Shown piece after piece: positions 61,526 through 64,000 of a stretch of DNA of 64,000 nucleotides; within the stretch, counting starts at the first letter, position 1, and the number at the start of each line of letters is the position of its first letter. The notes below the pieces were generated by a model, which ran no database searches, was not told the DNA's origin, and saw nothing but the letters and a program-made list of their open reading frames with translations. Origin of the DNA: Malacoraja senta (taxonomy: Eukaryota); contig CM075989.1 of assembly GCA_038087875.1 (NCBI GenBank), forward strand, positions 17,424,001 through 17,488,000. Direction: 5' to 3'. A program made the position numbers and the translations under genes.

Positions 61526-64000
61526 CGACTATTAACACGAACAAGTACAAATCCCATTTTACAAAATCACAAACAACAATTAAGAAATGTTTGACTAACA
61601 CTATTTTATTTTTTCATAATAATATTTTTCACACACTAAACAATTTGAACTACAAAAACAGGATCTGTCATTGTACAAAGTCAACAATCATATGATCAGT
61701 GGGAATATGAACATTCACACAAGAGGAGAGGAAAGTGCTTTGAACTTGGGCGGTGAGGGACCACAATACTTTGGTCGCACACCTACATGGGTCTTTATGT
61801 TGCTGCTTAAACGTTATGTTCACAAAGCCCGTGGATGGATGTTGACAGCAGGAGACAATGTATTTAAAAGCTACATACTGTATGCCCTTTTATTACAGTC
61901 TGGATCACTGTTTACAGTCCAGTTTCATAAGTCAGCAGCCTAGCTCCTTACAATGGTTACATGGTTTTCTCTTTGTTTCTATAATATAATTATATATAAT
62001 ATAAAACAAATGGAACATTACACCAGCATCATTTTGTGGGAACAGCTACACCTTAAATTTATGGAATGGTAATAGCACACGGTTGCAGATAACCTTGAGC
62101 ACATGGGGATATCTTGGGTATTAAGCCCACTATCGGCTTTGATAATGACGTGTACTCCTCCCTTTACTGAATCAACTGCGTTACATAAACGCGCTTCCTT
62201 TGACGGGATCAAAGGTTTACGGTTATACCACCCACACCCTCCCCGTCACTTCAGTTCCAGGGTCTGTAACACTCTCCCTCCAATTAATCAAAAGCTGGAC
62301 ATTTGGGAATGCTTTGAAAAATCATCAACTCAAATGCTGGCGGCTGGGAATTGATCAGGTGTTGATCCTGCCAGGCAGAAGCTCGGCCCAGGATCATCGT
62401 AAGGAAAGGGTCTCGGAGGGATTAACGGAGGCAGCAATATCACACATCACATTGCTATTTTCTCCCTGTGATGGGATTTCATTTACAAGCACTACCTACA
62501 TAGCTTTGGACAATCGATAAACAAAATGCTGCAAATCCGAAATAAAGACAGAAAATGCTGGAAATACTCAGCAGGTCCAGGATGCGTCTACTGAAGGAAA
62601 AACTGAATTGGAGGTCAATGACTTTTGATCAGAACATCAAGAAGCATACAATTTCACTCTGTTTCATGCGCACTCCCCCACCTGTTGAGTATCTCCAGTT
62701 TTTATTTGAATCTTCAAGATTAACAAGCATTTTAAATTGACTTAAAACATTGGGAGCAATTTTAACCCAACCAGCAAGAATGAGTTACCCACTCTACATC
62801 CTGTCATGTATTTTTGCACAATCCAACCTTGCCTCGTCCCTTTGGGGCGGTGAAGATTAAAAAAACTCCCCCCCTCAACCCCCTGTCTATTACTGTTTAT
62901 TGTCTGCATGCAACATTATACACACTTAAACAAAATAATCAGACTCCAGGTGCTAGTTCAACATGAACACAGCCTGTGAGCCTTCATGTAGAAACAAGAA
63001 ACTGCAGATGCTGGTTAATACACCAAAGGACACAAAGTGTTGGAGTAACTCAGCAGGTCAGGCAGCATCTCCGAAGAACATGTCTGAAGACTAATCTTGA
63101 CCCAAAACATCACCTATCCATGTTCTCCAGAGATGCTTCCCGACTGACCTACTGAGTTACTCCAGCATTTTGTGTCCTTCCATTGCCTTTATGACAGGAA
63201 TTATAGAAATTAGTAGGCCCCCCTCGGTCATGATTGACCATGGGTGATGCATCCTGGTCGGATGCAAGCCTGGGCGATGTCATGTGGAGGACAATTATAG
63301 AAATACATGTCACAAAAGGCCATTCATCCCAATGTGTCCACACTGGTGTAAGCAAACAAAAAATAACTAATAGACTCAGGGAATTAGATCCCAGTTTTTC
63401 CATGGAAAATGCAATAGTGTCACATGCAACAAAGACCCTTATCACTGAGATTATTTGTAACAGTATTATCCACACAGTTATCTTCAATATAGGTATATCA
63501 GACCCTAACAATATGTAGACATTTGTGTTTTAAAAATAATATATTAACTAATAAATCTAAATCTAAATATGCTCAGAAACCCCAGCAAACGTGGTATAAT
63601 ACTGAAAATAAGTCACGACAATAACAGAAAAAAAACCTGTGCATTTCTCAAAAAAAATCTTACCAAGATAAACACAAAGCTTTACTGCAGCTGTAACAGA
63701 CAGTAATCAATGTAAAAAAAATCGTATAATAAAACATTTTTTTCCCTTTATACTGAAAAACGCAAACACTGCGGTTTCACAAAAACCCGGTTTCCTGATT
63801 GATCTGCAGGTTGTGGTAGTAAGAGACAAAACTTACACCACTGCTGAGTTGGATCCCTGTGTGTGTTGTCCCTCTCACTATTTGGAAGCAGTCATTCCCA
63901 GGTGACCAAGGAACACACAATCTACTCCTGGGCCAATTTAATGCAGAGACAATTTCTGGCTTCAGACGGAAGGAAAATTTATTGGGAGTGTTTTATACAA

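Noticed and set aside
1..64000. CRISPR array or prokaryotic operon-type system
   Set aside because: The sequence is intron-rich vertebrate DNA, and its repeats are dispersed transposon copies rather than regularly spaced repeat-spacer units.

Overview
Eukaryotic, repeat-rich vertebrate DNA. The HE1-type V-SINEs and HER1/CR1 LINEs point to a cartilaginous fish such as a skate, ray or shark. Most of the window (<2..56747, + strand) is one spliced gene that I rebuilt by hand as 22 phase-compatible GT-AG exons (4089 nt, about 1362 aa, start codon just outside the window). It encodes a NEK8/NEK9-family kinase with an unusual layout: DUF4347-like N-terminal domain, intact NIMA kinase, RCC1 repeats, a long low-complexity region with a NEK9-like PTWIRNEL motif, a coiled coil, and a C-terminal CaaX box (SKICAVM*). 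A candidate alternative last exon lacks the CaaX box. The introns and 3' flank hold a nearly intact IR/DR Tc1 (DD34E) transposon with a single nonsense codon, a hAT-type MITE, a Harbinger-like MITE, two L1-like insertions with target-site duplications, Rex1/Babar, CR1 and Penelope fragments with hammerhead-like cores, many SINEs and microsatellites. Domain and family names come from motif recall, not database searches.
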